Source of the DNA: an uncultured Verrucomicrobiales bacterium
GTDB lineage: Bacteria > Verrucomicrobiota > Verrucomicrobiia > Verrucomicrobiales > CAZUPP01
Direction: 5' to 3'
Assembly (NCBI GenBank): GCA_964622095.1
Contig: CAZUPP010000007.1
Span: forward strand, 16,823 to 80,822
Length of the DNA stretch: 64,000 bases
Shown: positions 19,943-29,880 of the stretch, piece by piece
How positions within the stretch are numbered: the first letter of the stretch is position 1
Layout: every line of letters starts with the position of its first letter
The notes under the pieces: model-generated
What the model was told of the DNA's origin: nothing
Databases searched by the model: none
What the model saw: only the letters and a program-made list of their open reading frames with translations
Position numbers and translations under genes: made by a program

Positions 19943-20968
19943 TTACTCCGGCACTTCACCGAGTTTATAGTACTGACCGGTGAAGTAGGCGCGCATTCCC
20001 TGGTAATAATGACAGTTTTCCTCCTCAACATTGATGAGTCGCGGGATGGATAGATCAAAGGTGAGTTTGCAGACCTTGCCATCCATCGATTGGATTGCCT
20101 CCTTGTCCTGATCCGTGAAAACAGCAAGGCCTGAGTCGCCCATCGCGGCCGAACCGTTGACTTCACCAATGTGTGCCGAAGGGCCGCGCACGACCAGAAT
20201 TCCGAATGGGAAGGCGCCTTCGGTGGAAGGTTTATCCAGGATGGTAAGCTGACCGCCGCTTCCGTCTATGTAGACGCCCGGGAGTTCATCGCTGATGCCT
20301 TCGCCGACTCGCGCAAAAAGGAAATCTCGCCAGGCACGGTGAGATCCCAGCAGGTGCCTCCAATACTCGGGTGAATTGAGTTCCTGGTCCGAAGTGAGGC
20401 CGGCAGAAAATCCGGCTTCGTTTTTGGCACGTTCCTGCCAGTCCGCGTGTTGCTGCTGAAGGAGCGAGAAGTCTGCGGGATCGAGCCTGTCATTGGCCTG
20501 CGCAAAGAGTTTTTCGAAGCGCTTTTCTTCCCAACGGACACGCTCTTGAAGAACGGAGATGTATTCGTCTTTGGAGATTTCCGGATAGGTTCCCTGGAGC
20601 TGGAAGTCCAGCTTCTCGATCACCGGGCCATCCGGTTCTTCGATCATCAAGTCTGATGGATTGGCCGTGAAACTGAGCCTCCGTCCATCCGCATAGGGTT
20701 TAAAGTCACCGCTTTCCTCGCTGCTGGGAACAATGACGGCACCGTTATTCTGAAAACTCACAGAAAAGAAATAACCGCCGAATTCCATCGTCTGCAGATA
20801 GATTGTGGCCCCGTCTTCATAGTAAGTGACCTCAATCGTACAGGGCTTGTCCGGGTTAAAGTAGTAACTTGTCAGCGACTCACTTTCGCCGGGAAACTCC
20901 TGCGCGTGGACAAGTAATGGCAGGGAAAGAAGGCCCAGACTGAATATATAGTACAGAAGGTTTCTCAT
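19943..20968 (-). CDS. Secreted hypothetical protein with possible LprI (DUF1311)-like helical domain
   Basis: Signal peptide ending VHA; LLQQQHADWQER helix pattern. Confidence 0.6.
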   Translation of the reverse strand: MRNLLYYIFSLGLLSLPLLVHAQEFPGESESLTSYYFNPDKPCTIEVTYYEDGATIYLQTMEFGGYFFSVSFQNNGAVIVPSSEESGDFKPYADGRRLSFTANPSDLMIEEPDGPVIEKLDFQLQGTYPEISKDEYISVLQERVRWEEKRFEKLFAQANDRLDPADFSLLQQQHADWQERAKNEAGFSAGLTSDQELNSPEYWRHLLGSHRAWRDFLFARVGEGISDELPGVYIDGSGGQLTILDKPSTEGAFPFGILVVRGPSAHIGEVNGSAAMGDSGLAVFTDQDKEAIQSMDGKVCKLTFDLSIPRLINVEEENCHYYQGMRAYFTGQYYKLGEVPE

Positions 20969-21016
20969 TTTGGAGAGTTTGAGGAGAAGATGTGGGAAGA
21001 TTCAGGGCCGGCTGAT

Positions 21017-21775
21017 CTATCGATCACGCCGGAAAATGCGGCGGAACCCGTCACCGATGCGGTCAAAGACGCGGTCCGCGTTGCGTCCTGCCCGCTCCAG
21101 AGGGGCGCCTTCTTCCGGCTCCTCGTTGCTCCGGAATTTTCCATCTGCAGTAAGCTGGCGGTCCTCGTCAAACTCCTTGAAGACCACCGTGCCGCTGCTC
21201 GCATCAAGATCGACCCGGCCGACTTCATCCTCAAAGTTGTCAAAGAGCCGAACGATCCAGATTGGGCGATTATCCTGAGAATGAGGAATTAGATTGTAGC
21301 TGACGTAATTAAAGGCGATGCGCGCTTTCTGGGCATGCTCGTTGGCGATGGCAAAGGCACGATCACTGTCCATGCGGAACCGTGTCATGTTGATCATGGG
21401 CGGTGGCTGGTCACGCGACACAAGGGTCGCGGGAGGCTTGTCGTAATAAATTTGGCCGTTGGCGACGCGAACGATCCTCGAAAGGGAACGACTCTGAGGA
21501 TCGAGCACCTCGAACTCCCAGTAGGTTGGCTGGGCTTGTCCCTGAAAGCCGCGGACAGCAATAATCTGTTCCCCGATGCGTGAGCCGCGCTGCTGGACGA
21601 GCACCGCCAGCGCTTGTTTCATGGTAGCCCGCACGGGATAGCTTTGAGCCCGCGCCGCGGGTTCGAGCTTCAGAAGAGCCGGACAGAGCAAAAGGGCTAC
21701 GGCCAGAAGGGCGGAGAGCCATGGACGGCAAATTAATTGAGAGTGCGGGAATGGAAACGATTGGGAAAATGACAT
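21017..21775 (-). CDS. Secreted hypothetical protein with PepSY-like repeats
   Basis: Signal peptide; MDSDRAFAIA...PIWIV...VDLDASSGTVV. Confidence 0.7.
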   Translation of the reverse strand: MSFSQSFPFPHSQLICRPWLSALLAVALLLCPALLKLEPAARAQSYPVRATMKQALAVLVQQRGSRIGEQIIAVRGFQGQAQPTYWEFEVLDPQSRSLSRIVRVANGQIYYDKPPATLVSRDQPPPMINMTRFRMDSDRAFAIANEHAQKARIAFNYVSYNLIPHSQDNRPIWIVRLFDNFEDEVGRVDLDASSGTVVFKEFDEDRQLTADGKFRSNEEPEEGAPLERAGRNADRVFDRIGDGFRRIFRRDR

Positions 21776-21852
21776 GATCAGGTGCGGGTTGCAGGAGGCT
21801 AGACTCAGTCCGCCGAACAGTTGTTTAAAAAGCTGGCTTTGGCCAGAGGGAA

Positions 21853-22524
21853 TCACCGCCGGATGGGACCCGGTTTGTTGCGGGTAAAGGCATCGGCGGG
21901 CAGCGGCGCGGGCCGGTTACGTTGGTAAGCGGTTTCAGCCTGAGATGAGCGATAGCGTAGCCTTGCCAGACGTTCCTCTTCCAGCTTGAGCCGTTCACGC
22001 ACCTGCCGGGCCATTTCTTTGATGAAGTCGTATTGTTTCGTTTTTTCAAGGATCCGGAGACTTTCCGTCCAATCACCGACCTTCGTGATGCGGATGATTT
22101 CGTGACGCACGCCCCATTCCTGAATGGCTTTCTTTTCGGGCACGTAAATATCGATGGTTGCTTTTCCTGTGAGAGCGATGCCGTAGTCTTCAACGACGAA
22201 ACGCTCCCCGGTGCGAATCATGACGAATTCCGTGCCGACCGGGAAATGTGCCCAGTTGGCCGCGGCACTGCGCAACCCTGTCGCGCGAAGCTCACCGCCG
22301 AGTGCGTTCTTTTTGCCGAAGACCAGATGGTCTGCCTCTTCGTGGTGATAGGCCGTAGTGCGCACTGTCAGTTGACGGGTGGGAAAGAGGTTCGGGTAAT
22401 CGTCCTCAGCCGAATCCGCCGCATAACTGGGGGCTGTGAGCATCGAGAAGACGAACGTCAATCCGATCAAACAAGGGATTAGAACCTTGGGTAGGTGCTG
22501 AATCGAAACCGGCATAGACTTCAC
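21853..22524 (-). CDS. 3D-domain (MltA-like) secreted protein
   Basis: VRTTAY, SAAANW..FPVGT, VVEDYG.AL.G..TIDIY, WGVR. Confidence 0.85.
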   Translation of the reverse strand: MKSMPVSIQHLPKVLIPCLIGLTFVFSMLTAPSYAADSAEDDYPNLFPTRQLTVRTTAYHHEEADHLVFGKKNALGGELRATGLRSAAANWAHFPVGTEFVMIRTGERFVVEDYGIALTGKATIDIYVPEKKAIQEWGVRHEIIRITKVGDWTESLRILEKTKQYDFIKEMARQVRERLKLEEERLARLRYRSSQAETAYQRNRPAPLPADAFTRNKPGPIRR

Positions 22525-22525
22525 C

Positions 22526-23215
22526 TTAAGTCACGGTCAGACTTCCGCCGTTGTCCCGGCTGGAGAGTTTGAGAATGAATGGCCCTGCACTTTGAACCCA
22601 TTCTTCCGGAGTGGGATAAGCCCCAGCACCATCGCCAAAGGCATCACGGAGCATATCGGTCGCAATAATCCCTGGATTCAGGGCAATGGCAGCGAGTCCC
22701 TCGGGAAGTTCCTGGGAGAGCGCAGCACTCAATCCCTCGATGGCATACTTCGTCGCGCAATACGGGGCAACCTCGGGCGAAGTGCTTCGTCCCCAGCCGC
22801 TGGAGAGGTTTACAATGATTCCGCGCCCCGCTTCAATCATTCGCGGCACCATATGACGGATAGTGTTGGCCACTCCCTTGATATTGACGTCGATCACTGG
22901 GTCGAACTCCTCGGCGGGAATTTGCCAGAGCGGTGCTGGCTTATTAATGAGGGCCGCGTTGTTGATAAGCAGATCCGGCACTCCACCAGCGGATATCTCC
23001 TCGACCCACGAGGCTACAGCGGTGTCGTCGGTCACATCCAAAGTAGCAAAGTGATGGGGAGCCGGGTAGCGCGAAGCGAGCTCAGCGACAATCTCCGGGC
23101 TGCGCCCGCAACCCAGCACGGTGTGGCCTGCTTCTGCGAAATGTCCGGTCAAAGCCCGGCCCAGTCCCCGCGTGGCTCCCGTCAGGGCGATTCGGCGATT
23201 TTCTTTCTGCGACAT
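22526..23215 (-). CDS. SDR family oxidoreductase
   Basis: TGATRGLG, LINNA, catalytic YCATK. Confidence 0.93.
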   Translation of the reverse strand: MSQKENRRIALTGATRGLGRALTGHFAEAGHTVLGCGRSPEIVAELASRYPAPHHFATLDVTDDTAVASWVEEISAGGVPDLLINNAALINKPAPLWQIPAEEFDPVIDVNIKGVANTIRHMVPRMIEAGRGIIVNLSSGWGRSTSPEVAPYCATKYAIEGLSAALSQELPEGLAAIALNPGIIATDMLRDAFGDGAGAYPTPEEWVQSAGPFILKLSSRDNGGSLTVT

Positions 23216-23407
23216 AGCTCAAGGGTTAGCCATGACTCCCGCTGCCGCAAGGGGCAGGCGGGACTTGACGGAAGCGCATCTCCATGGTGCCAGGCCTTCG
23301 TTAAGAGTTTACCGGACGGAATAACCCTCAATGTGCGCGGGTCGTATCCAGCGCCCGAGGTATTCCCGGACTTGCAATGACCAACGCTTGACCTCACCCA
23401 TAAAGCC

Positions 23408-24622
23408 ATGAACCCGACCGCAACTCTCCCTGAGACCGCCCCCGGCACGAAAACCCTCCATAATGGAGACCCGCTCGCGATGCCGCATTTTCAACCATTC
23501 GACCTGACCCGGCTGCTCCGCACCGTTTTTGATCCGATCGAAGGACAGAGCATCTGTCTGTTGATCGATCTGGAACATCCCGAGCAGGTAGAGAACTTCC
23601 GTTTCCTGAAGAACCCGGAGCTGAGCGTTCAGCGTTACGCCTACAATGTCTTTTACCGGGGGCTGCACGACTTCGGCGGCATGGACGAACTGAATCTGAA
23701 GGGCGGTGAGATCTACGCCTACAAGGTCACCGGCGGCAGCAATCTGGACATGCCGGACGAGGCCTTTGACATCAAAGGAAAACAGCTCAGCCTGGAACGT
23801 GACATTTACCCGAGTTATGACGTGATCCTAGTCGTGAGCACCTTCTCGGCCACTGCGCCGCTGACCGCACACGCGAAGAAGTACGGCTTCCGTGGGGCAA
23901 CGATGCATGGTCTGAACGAAACCATCCTGCGCAGCGGGTTATCGGTTGACTACAATGTGGTCAGCGCGAATGCGGAAAAGCTGCGTCAAGCCATGACCAA
24001 GGCGGACGAAGTGGAGATCGACTTTCAGTGCTACGGTGAGAGCTACACGCTCAAGCTGATCCTTAACGGACAAGAGGCACAGAAAAGTCATGGGCTGTGC
24101 CACGGGACAGATCCAGACGTGGCAAACCTGCCGGCAGGCGAAGTCTATTTTGTGCCTCAGGGAGCCGAGGGTCAGTTTCCCCGTCATTTTGAGGACGGCA
24201 CGATCGGACTGATGCACGTGAGTGACGGCCGAATCCAGAATGCGACTCTCATCCGCGGTCGCCAGGAAACAATCGACGAGAACAACCGGCTCTTTAAAGA
24301 GGACCCGATCACGGGCGCTCTGGGTGAGCTAGGTTTTGGGACTCAAGTTCTGCCGGTGAGCGGCCGGGATATTCAGGATGAGAAAGTGCTGGGCACTATT
24401 CACGTCGCCACGGGACGGAGTGATCATCTGGGCGGCGATCTGACGCCGGATAAATTCGGCGAAGCCATGCACGCCACCCACGATGACATCCTCTATGCAC
24501 CGCACAAGACGCCAGACATTCTGGTGACCCAGGCACGGATGACGCGGGGCGATCAGCATGAGGTGCTCCTGGAGAACTACCACCCGGCACCTTATCTGGT
24601 TGATGCCTTGCGCGCCGCCTGA
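23408..24622 (+). CDS. M29 aminopeptidase-like metalloprotein
   Basis: ANLPAGEVY, GELGFG, DEKVLGTIHVATG, HDD motifs of the thermophilic metalloprotease-like fold. Confidence 0.75.
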   Translation: MNPTATLPETAPGTKTLHNGDPLAMPHFQPFDLTRLLRTVFDPIEGQSICLLIDLEHPEQVENFRFLKNPELSVQRYAYNVFYRGLHDFGGMDELNLKGGEIYAYKVTGGSNLDMPDEAFDIKGKQLSLERDIYPSYDVILVVSTFSATAPLTAHAKKYGFRGATMHGLNETILRSGLSVDYNVVSANAEKLRQAMTKADEVEIDFQCYGESYTLKLILNGQEAQKSHGLCHGTDPDVANLPAGEVYFVPQGAEGQFPRHFEDGTIGLMHVSDGRIQNATLIRGRQETIDENNRLFKEDPITGALGELGFGTQVLPVSGRDIQDEKVLGTIHVATGRSDHLGGDLTPDKFGEAMHATHDDILYAPHKTPDILVTQARMTRGDQHEVLLENYHPAPYLVDALRAA

Positions 24623-24655
24623 TCCACCGACTCTCCAGACAGACAGCCAAAAGGG

Positions 24656-25336
24656 GTGGAAGAGCTAATCGCCGCGGATGACAGGCCGTTCTCTGATCCG
24701 AACGAAACGGATTGGGAGCAGCGTTATGAAGACGGGAATATGCCCTGGGAAAAAGGGTATGCCTCCCCTCCACTGAAGGAGTGGATTGAGACGAGTGCTT
24801 TCGCCGGCACCATTCTGCCTCTGAGAGGCGAGATGCTGGTGCCGGGCTGCGGCTGGGGTCACGATGTTCGGCTGCTGGCGAGTGTGAGCTCACCGGAAGC
24901 GCACATCATCGGCATGGACCTGGCCAAAAGCGCGGTCCGTGGGGCGCGCTCACGCACTCCGGCGGAAGATTTCCCTCAGGTAAGCTATGTCCTGTCTGAT
25001 TTTCTGAAGCCTGCTGAAGTCGAGGTTCACGCTCCGGCCGACCGGTTTGACTGTGTTTTCGAGCATACGCTTTTTTGTGCGATCAACCCGGATCGTCGGG
25101 ATCAGTATGTCGAAAGCGTGAAAAGCTTCGTTAAGCCAGGGGGGCTGTATGTCGCCGTGTGGTATCTGAATCCCGGCCGTGATCCGGGCGAGACCGGGCC
25201 ACCGTTCGGAGTCAGCCGTCAGGAACTGGAAACGCGTTTTGCGGGTGCGTTCAGCTTGGTCGATCAATTGGATCCAAGCCGGTCGTATCCGGGCCGGGAA
25301 GGACGTGAGCTAGTGCAGGTCTGGCGACGGAATTAG
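24656..25336 (+). CDS. Thiopurine/halide S-methyltransferase (TPMT) family protein
   Basis: WEQRY....PW, LVPGCGWGHD, FEHTLFCAI, GPPFGV. Confidence 0.9.
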   Translation: MEELIAADDRPFSDPNETDWEQRYEDGNMPWEKGYASPPLKEWIETSAFAGTILPLRGEMLVPGCGWGHDVRLLASVSSPEAHIIGMDLAKSAVRGARSRTPAEDFPQVSYVLSDFLKPAEVEVHAPADRFDCVFEHTLFCAINPDRRDQYVESVKSFVKPGGLYVAVWYLNPGRDPGETGPPFGVSRQELETRFAGAFSLVDQLDPSRSYPGREGRELVQVWRRN

Positions 25337-25705
25337 GTGGTCGTTTACATTGCGTCCATTTCGGCGGACAAATTCTATGAGATCACCCACAGTCTGTGCG
25401 GTGGTTTACCGGGTTGCTTCGACCGGAATGCCGAAATCATCTTCGAGACTGTCAGCGATATCTTCCCATAGATCACTATGATCTAATCTGCATTCCTCAA
25501 AAAGGAATTTGGAAGGGTGAATTAGCTCCGGCTTCAAGCCGCTTGTTCCGATGAGAATGGAGCAGACCCCAAAGGCGATCTGGTCGTCGGCTTGATACTA
25601 TTGCGGGAAAAGCTCGCCGAGCCGACGCAGACGCTGCGAACGTTCAACTTGTACTAACCAAACAATTATCAGGAAGATAAAAATTCCTGCGATCCACCAT
25701 GCCAT
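25310..25705 (-). pseudogene. Membrane-anchored acyl-carrier-protein-like pseudogene with two in-frame stops
   Basis: Reading through TAG (25600-25598) and TAA (25408-25406) gives a TM helix, then KPELIHPSKFLFEECRLDHSDLWEDIADSLEDDFGIPVEATR*TTAQTVGDLIEFV. Confidence 0.65.
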
Positions 25706-25711
25706 AGCTCC

Positions 25712-25748
25712 AAAAAAAAATCCGCTCCCTGGAAACCAAGAAGCGGAT
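25712..25748 (-). terminator. Intrinsic terminator downstream of the HU gene
   Basis: Minus strand ATCCGCTTCTTGG-TTT-CCAGGGAGCGGAT stem followed by a T tract. Confidence 0.85.
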
Positions 25749-25816
25749 CTGCTAAAGATTGATAGTTTCTCTTCGAAAATTCCTGAATTTTCAGAAAGAC
25801 ATGAGGGACGGATCAA

Positions 25817-26095
25817 TCAATCCACCAAATCTTTGAGTGCTTTACCGGGAATAAATTTCACGGATTTGCCGGGGGGGATTTCCATCGGTTCACGGGTTTT
25901 GGGATTGATGCCGGTGCGCCCTTTACGCTCGGTCACCTTAAAGGTACCAAAACCGATGAGCTGGACATTTCCCTCATCTTGAATTCCGGCTTTGATACCG
26001 TCGATGACGGCGTTCACGGCGATTTCCGCCTGGGATTTGCTGATATCATCCCCCAAGGCATCCTTCACGGCAGTAACAAGGTCAGCTTTGTTCAT
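25817..26095 (-). CDS. hup: HU family DNA-binding protein
   Basis: MNKADL, VQLIGFGTF, GINPKT, VKFIPGKALKD. Confidence 0.95.
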   Translation of the reverse strand: MNKADLVTAVKDALGDDISKSQAEIAVNAVIDGIKAGIQDEGNVQLIGFGTFKVTERKGRTGINPKTREPMEIPPGKSVKFIPGKALKDLVD

Positions 26096-26328
26096 TTGCG
26101 GGTCTTTTCGTATTCGATCAATCAGATAACTACGTTAAAGTAGAGGTAGGTTTCGAAGCCTTAGGCGGTAAACCTCAGGCGTAAGCGGGACCTTGGGGCA
26201 GGGAGATGGGGCCGTCAACGTGATTTCGTGCAAAAACGGCGGCAAACCCTCTTTTTAAGGCATTCCAGCGGGTTTCTGGGCGGAATCTGCCGGGATTTGG
26301 GGTCCTTTTGCCCTAAACGAGCGTTTAT

Positions 26329-27234
26329 CTAACGGTTCGGCAGCGCCCGCGCGGGTGGCGCAGCTTCCGGGCTGAGGACGGGTCCCCAGAGGTCCCGTTC
26401 ATCCAAGCCGCGATTCAAATCCAGGCCGGTGGTATACCATTCGTGGGCCTTTACTCGAACCGGGCGGCGCACGCGTTCCAGAAATGAACCTGGCCACACG
26501 AAGCCGCCCCTTTCAAAGTGGCTGCCGAAAGTGACATCAACAAAGGCGCCTCGCGTCGAGCGAAGGCCATTGAGGGTGAATTCCACACGCCAGAGGAGAA
26601 AGTCGCGCTGGCGAATCCAGAGGATAATGTCATCGTTCTTCGCTTCACCGAAACCTGGACGCATGCGCGCATAAAGTAATTCGTAAGTCTCCCCGCGATC
26701 CTGCTTTTCCCCAAGGTAACGCCAGTCAATTTCACCGAAGTGCCGGAAAAATGATGGGCCGGTAATGAACATGGTATAGGCGTCTGCGACGAGAGCAGCC
26801 GCCGCCACTTTCTCCGGATCTTTTTCATATTGCAGATCAAACCAGACGCGGGTGAGATCGTTTCTCCGGAAAACGTGTTTTTCACCTTTGGGGCCGAGGT
26901 GGGCCTGGCCGATGGTGAATCCATTTTCGAATTGGCGGTCGTCAAAGACGATGCGCTCCTGCGAGCTTTTCCGGTATTTCGCGTCGACCAAGACGGGTTG
27001 CAGGCGTTTTACGATACGTGCCCATTCACCATCGTAAGAAACCGATAGGTCATCAACCTTCTCGAAGACATCGCCGCCGTGCCGGGCGATGGAACCTTCC
27101 AGCAACTTGGTGGTTTTGAACTCGGCCAGTTCAGAAGGCTGCTTCTCAGGCCATTTAGGAAAACGTGCTGCGCAGGAGGTAAGTAAGAGAGCGAGAAGGG
27201 GAATGTTTAGGAGATAAACGGACGCATTTTTCAT
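26329..27234 (-). CDS. Hypothetical lipoprotein
   Basis: Lipobox LLTSC; 301 aa ORF. Confidence 0.75.
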   Translation of the reverse strand: MKNASVYLLNIPLLALLLTSCAARFPKWPEKQPSELAEFKTTKLLEGSIARHGGDVFEKVDDLSVSYDGEWARIVKRLQPVLVDAKYRKSSQERIVFDDRQFENGFTIGQAHLGPKGEKHVFRRNDLTRVWFDLQYEKDPEKVAAAALVADAYTMFITGPSFFRHFGEIDWRYLGEKQDRGETYELLYARMRPGFGEAKNDDIILWIRQRDFLLWRVEFTLNGLRSTRGAFVDVTFGSHFERGGFVWPGSFLERVRRPVRVKAHEWYTTGLDLNRGLDERDLWGPVLSPEAAPPARALPNR

Positions 27235-27443
27235 GATGATTCAGAGAATGGTGGGACCGGCGAGACGGACTTTATTCATTCTGCAAACGTTTGCCAGTGT
27301 TCGCGGGATATCATGGTTAGTTGAACTGGATCGCCCATCGAAACAGTCTGAGGTCAGGCTTGTATCCGGCAAAGTGTCTGTTCTAGGCTAGACGCCTCTT
27401 CCGCAGCTTCCTGTCTGCGCGTCTTTCTGTCTGTCTGCCAGCC

Positions 27444-28910
27444 ATGAGCAACGAATCTTCCGCCGCACCTGTCCTCGACCGCAACGTCACACTCTTCGTT
27501 GCTTTCCGCACCCTCTTCAATGCTCGCTTTTATTACCCGGTCTTCGCCATCCTCTTTCTGGACTATGGCTTGACGATGGAGCAATTTGGACTGCTCAACG
27601 GGATCTGGGCGCTGACCATCATCCTGCTGGAGGTGCCCTCTGGAGTGCTGGCTGATGTCATTGGACGGCGCAAACTGGTCGTGATCGCTGCGATCTGTAT
27701 GGTGGGGGAATTCGTTTTGATTGCGTTTTTGCCGACTGGAAATCCGACGCTGGTTTTCTGGATTTTTGTGCTGAACCGAATCCTGAGCGGGGCAGGGGAA
27801 GCAATGGCGAGCGGGGCAGATGAAGCGCTGGCCTATGACTCATTGCCGGAAGAAAACCGGGAGGAACTCTGGAGCGGGGTGCTTGAGAAAACCATGCGCT
27901 GGCAGAGCGGCGCTTTTATTGTCTCATCCCTGCTCGGCGCGGCGATGTATGACCCGAAACTCGTCAGCACCATCCTTGGATTTGTCGGTCTGGATATCAC
28001 GGTCGTGCAACAGCAGAGTATGCGGATCCCCTTGATTTTGAACCTCATGACCGCGATCGCGACGCTGATCGTGGCCCTGCGCATGCATGATCTGCGCAAG
28101 GCGTCTGACCGGGAATCCGTCTCGGATCTCCCCGGATTAATTCGGCAGGGAACGCGGGGTGTGCTTTCCGCGGGAAAATGGATTCTCTCCACGCCATTTG
28201 CTCTGAGTTTGATTATTGTAGCGATATTTCACGATAGCATCATTCGCCTTTTTCTCACGATTGGCAGTTCCTATTACCGGTTGATCGAGCTGCCGGAATG
28301 GAGTTATGGGATCATTGGTGTGGGATTTTCCGTGATCGGCCTGTTTTTGCCGAAGATTGCGCGCCATATGCAGTTGAAGCATACACCCGCCTTTAACTTC
28401 GGCGTGACGGCTGCGGCAACCCTGCTTGGCTTGATCGGGGTAGCCTTGGTCATACCCTATTACGGGGTCATTTTCGGTGCCTTCCTGATGGCCGGATTTA
28501 TGATGGTACAGTATTTTCTTTCGAACTATCTTAATGCCATCGTTGCCCCTGAACAGCGCGCGACGGTGTTAAGTTTTCGCGGGCTGGCTACCAATATCGC
28601 CTATGGCACGATGACAGTGTTTTACAGTCTGATTATTTTTGGCTTCGAGAAGACTTACCAGGAGCGTCATCCGGGCTGGGATGAAGGGCGCATTGAAGAC
28701 GAGGCGCTGATTAGTTTTCTGGGATGGCAACCGGTCTACTTTGTGCTTGGCGGGGTCATCGTGGTGTTAGCCGTCTCTCAATTAATGAAAGGGAGCGCCA
28801 GGGGTAACCGGTTTATGGCAATTTGTGAACCGGTCGACGAAGCCGAGGAAAGTCCAGAGTCCGCCGCAGAGAAAGCAAAACATATTTCAGAAAATCCGCC
28901 AAATAATTAG
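27444..28910 (+). CDS. MFS transporter
   Basis: LEVPSGVLADVIGRR motif A, SGADEALAYDS, about 12 hydrophobic segments. Confidence 0.92.
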   Translation: MSNESSAAPVLDRNVTLFVAFRTLFNARFYYPVFAILFLDYGLTMEQFGLLNGIWALTIILLEVPSGVLADVIGRRKLVVIAAICMVGEFVLIAFLPTGNPTLVFWIFVLNRILSGAGEAMASGADEALAYDSLPEENREELWSGVLEKTMRWQSGAFIVSSLLGAAMYDPKLVSTILGFVGLDITVVQQQSMRIPLILNLMTAIATLIVALRMHDLRKASDRESVSDLPGLIRQGTRGVLSAGKWILSTPFALSLIIVAIFHDSIIRLFLTIGSSYYRLIELPEWSYGIIGVGFSVIGLFLPKIARHMQLKHTPAFNFGVTAAATLLGLIGVALVIPYYGVIFGAFLMAGFMMVQYFLSNYLNAIVAPEQRATVLSFRGLATNIAYGTMTVFYSLIIFGFEKTYQERHPGWDEGRIEDEALISFLGWQPVYFVLGGVIVVLAVSQLMKGSARGNRFMAICEPVDEAEESPESAAEKAKHISENPPNN

Positions 28911-28933
28911 GTACGCACAAACAAGCCAAAACA

Positions 28934-29863
28934 ATGAGCCGCCCTGAACTCTCCGCCTTTCCTGTTAACGATGCCCTGCGTCTGGCCCAGTTTGCCCTGG
29001 GGATTTATCCCGCCGCGCCGGAGATTGCCCGGGAATCGAGCTGTATTCAATTGCCGGGTGCAAGCTGCGAAACAATAACGGTTGATAATCTAGAAGCGCG
29101 TTTTTACCCTGACGGGGCTCGGGGGATTTTGGTTTTTCAGGGGACAAATGACGCGGATGACTGGGTGCTGAATAATCTGGAGGGCGGCTGGCACGGAGAG
29201 CCTCCGCGCTACGCGGGTTTCATGTATGGCTGGCAGGAACTCTGGCAGCCTCTTATTGCCGTGCTAAAGAAGCACGCTGATGGAATGACTGAGCTGGAAA
29301 TCACCGGGCATTCTCTGGGAGGAGCATTGGCCATTATCGCGGCCTACGAATTGGCCCGTGATTTTCCCGTTACGCGTGTCATTACCTATGCCGCGCCCCG
29401 GGCGGGTGGGGAGGCGTTTCGGGAAGCATTCCGTAAGCGTGAAACCCACCGCGGAAAAATTTATGAGTTAACCTGGCAGATTAAAGTGGCCGATGATGTG
29501 GTGACCTGGGTGCCTCCTTCAATTCTAGGATACCGGCACGCAGCGAAGCGGCTCATCTTCGCCGGGCGCCGAGGCTCCTACACAAATCCGTATCCGACCG
29601 AGGCAGACAAAAAGAAAGCAGAGGCACAACGCAGCTTCGGAGAGATGCTGCGGGACTACGCGAACGCTTTCGCTCTGGCAATTGGGAAAGTGCTGGGCCC
29701 GATTGGCGCTCTATTTGCCTATCTCCTGCCGTGGATCTTCCGGTGGGGCCTGCAACGACGCGCAGCGCATCACATGAAGCACTATATTTACGCGCTCGAA
29801 CATCTTCGCCTGGAAATGACGGGCGCAATTGAGAAAAAAATCAAGGTCTCCATCAAGGAGTAA
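28934..29863 (+). CDS. Lipase class 3 family protein
   Basis: LVFQGT...DW, TGHSLGGALA, TYAAPRAG, DDVVTWVP, terminal HHM..Y. Confidence 0.88.
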   Translation: MSRPELSAFPVNDALRLAQFALGIYPAAPEIARESSCIQLPGASCETITVDNLEARFYPDGARGILVFQGTNDADDWVLNNLEGGWHGEPPRYAGFMYGWQELWQPLIAVLKKHADGMTELEITGHSLGGALAIIAAYELARDFPVTRVITYAAPRAGGEAFREAFRKRETHRGKIYELTWQIKVADDVVTWVPPSILGYRHAAKRLIFAGRRGSYTNPYPTEADKKKAEAQRSFGEMLRDYANAFALAIGKVLGPIGALFAYLLPWIFRWGLQRRAAHHMKHYIYALEHLRLEMTGAIEKKIKVSIKE

Positions 29864-29880
29864 GAAACAGACTGATCCGT

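Noticed and set aside
23266..23390. SAH or guanidine riboswitch
   Set aside because: Only fragments (GCCAGGC, CCGGACG) resemble the consensus; the core conserved sequences are missing.
25310..25705. Stop-codon reassignment explaining the ACP-like read-through
   Set aside because: The two stops differ (TAG and TAA) and both are used as normal terminators by well-conserved genes in this window.
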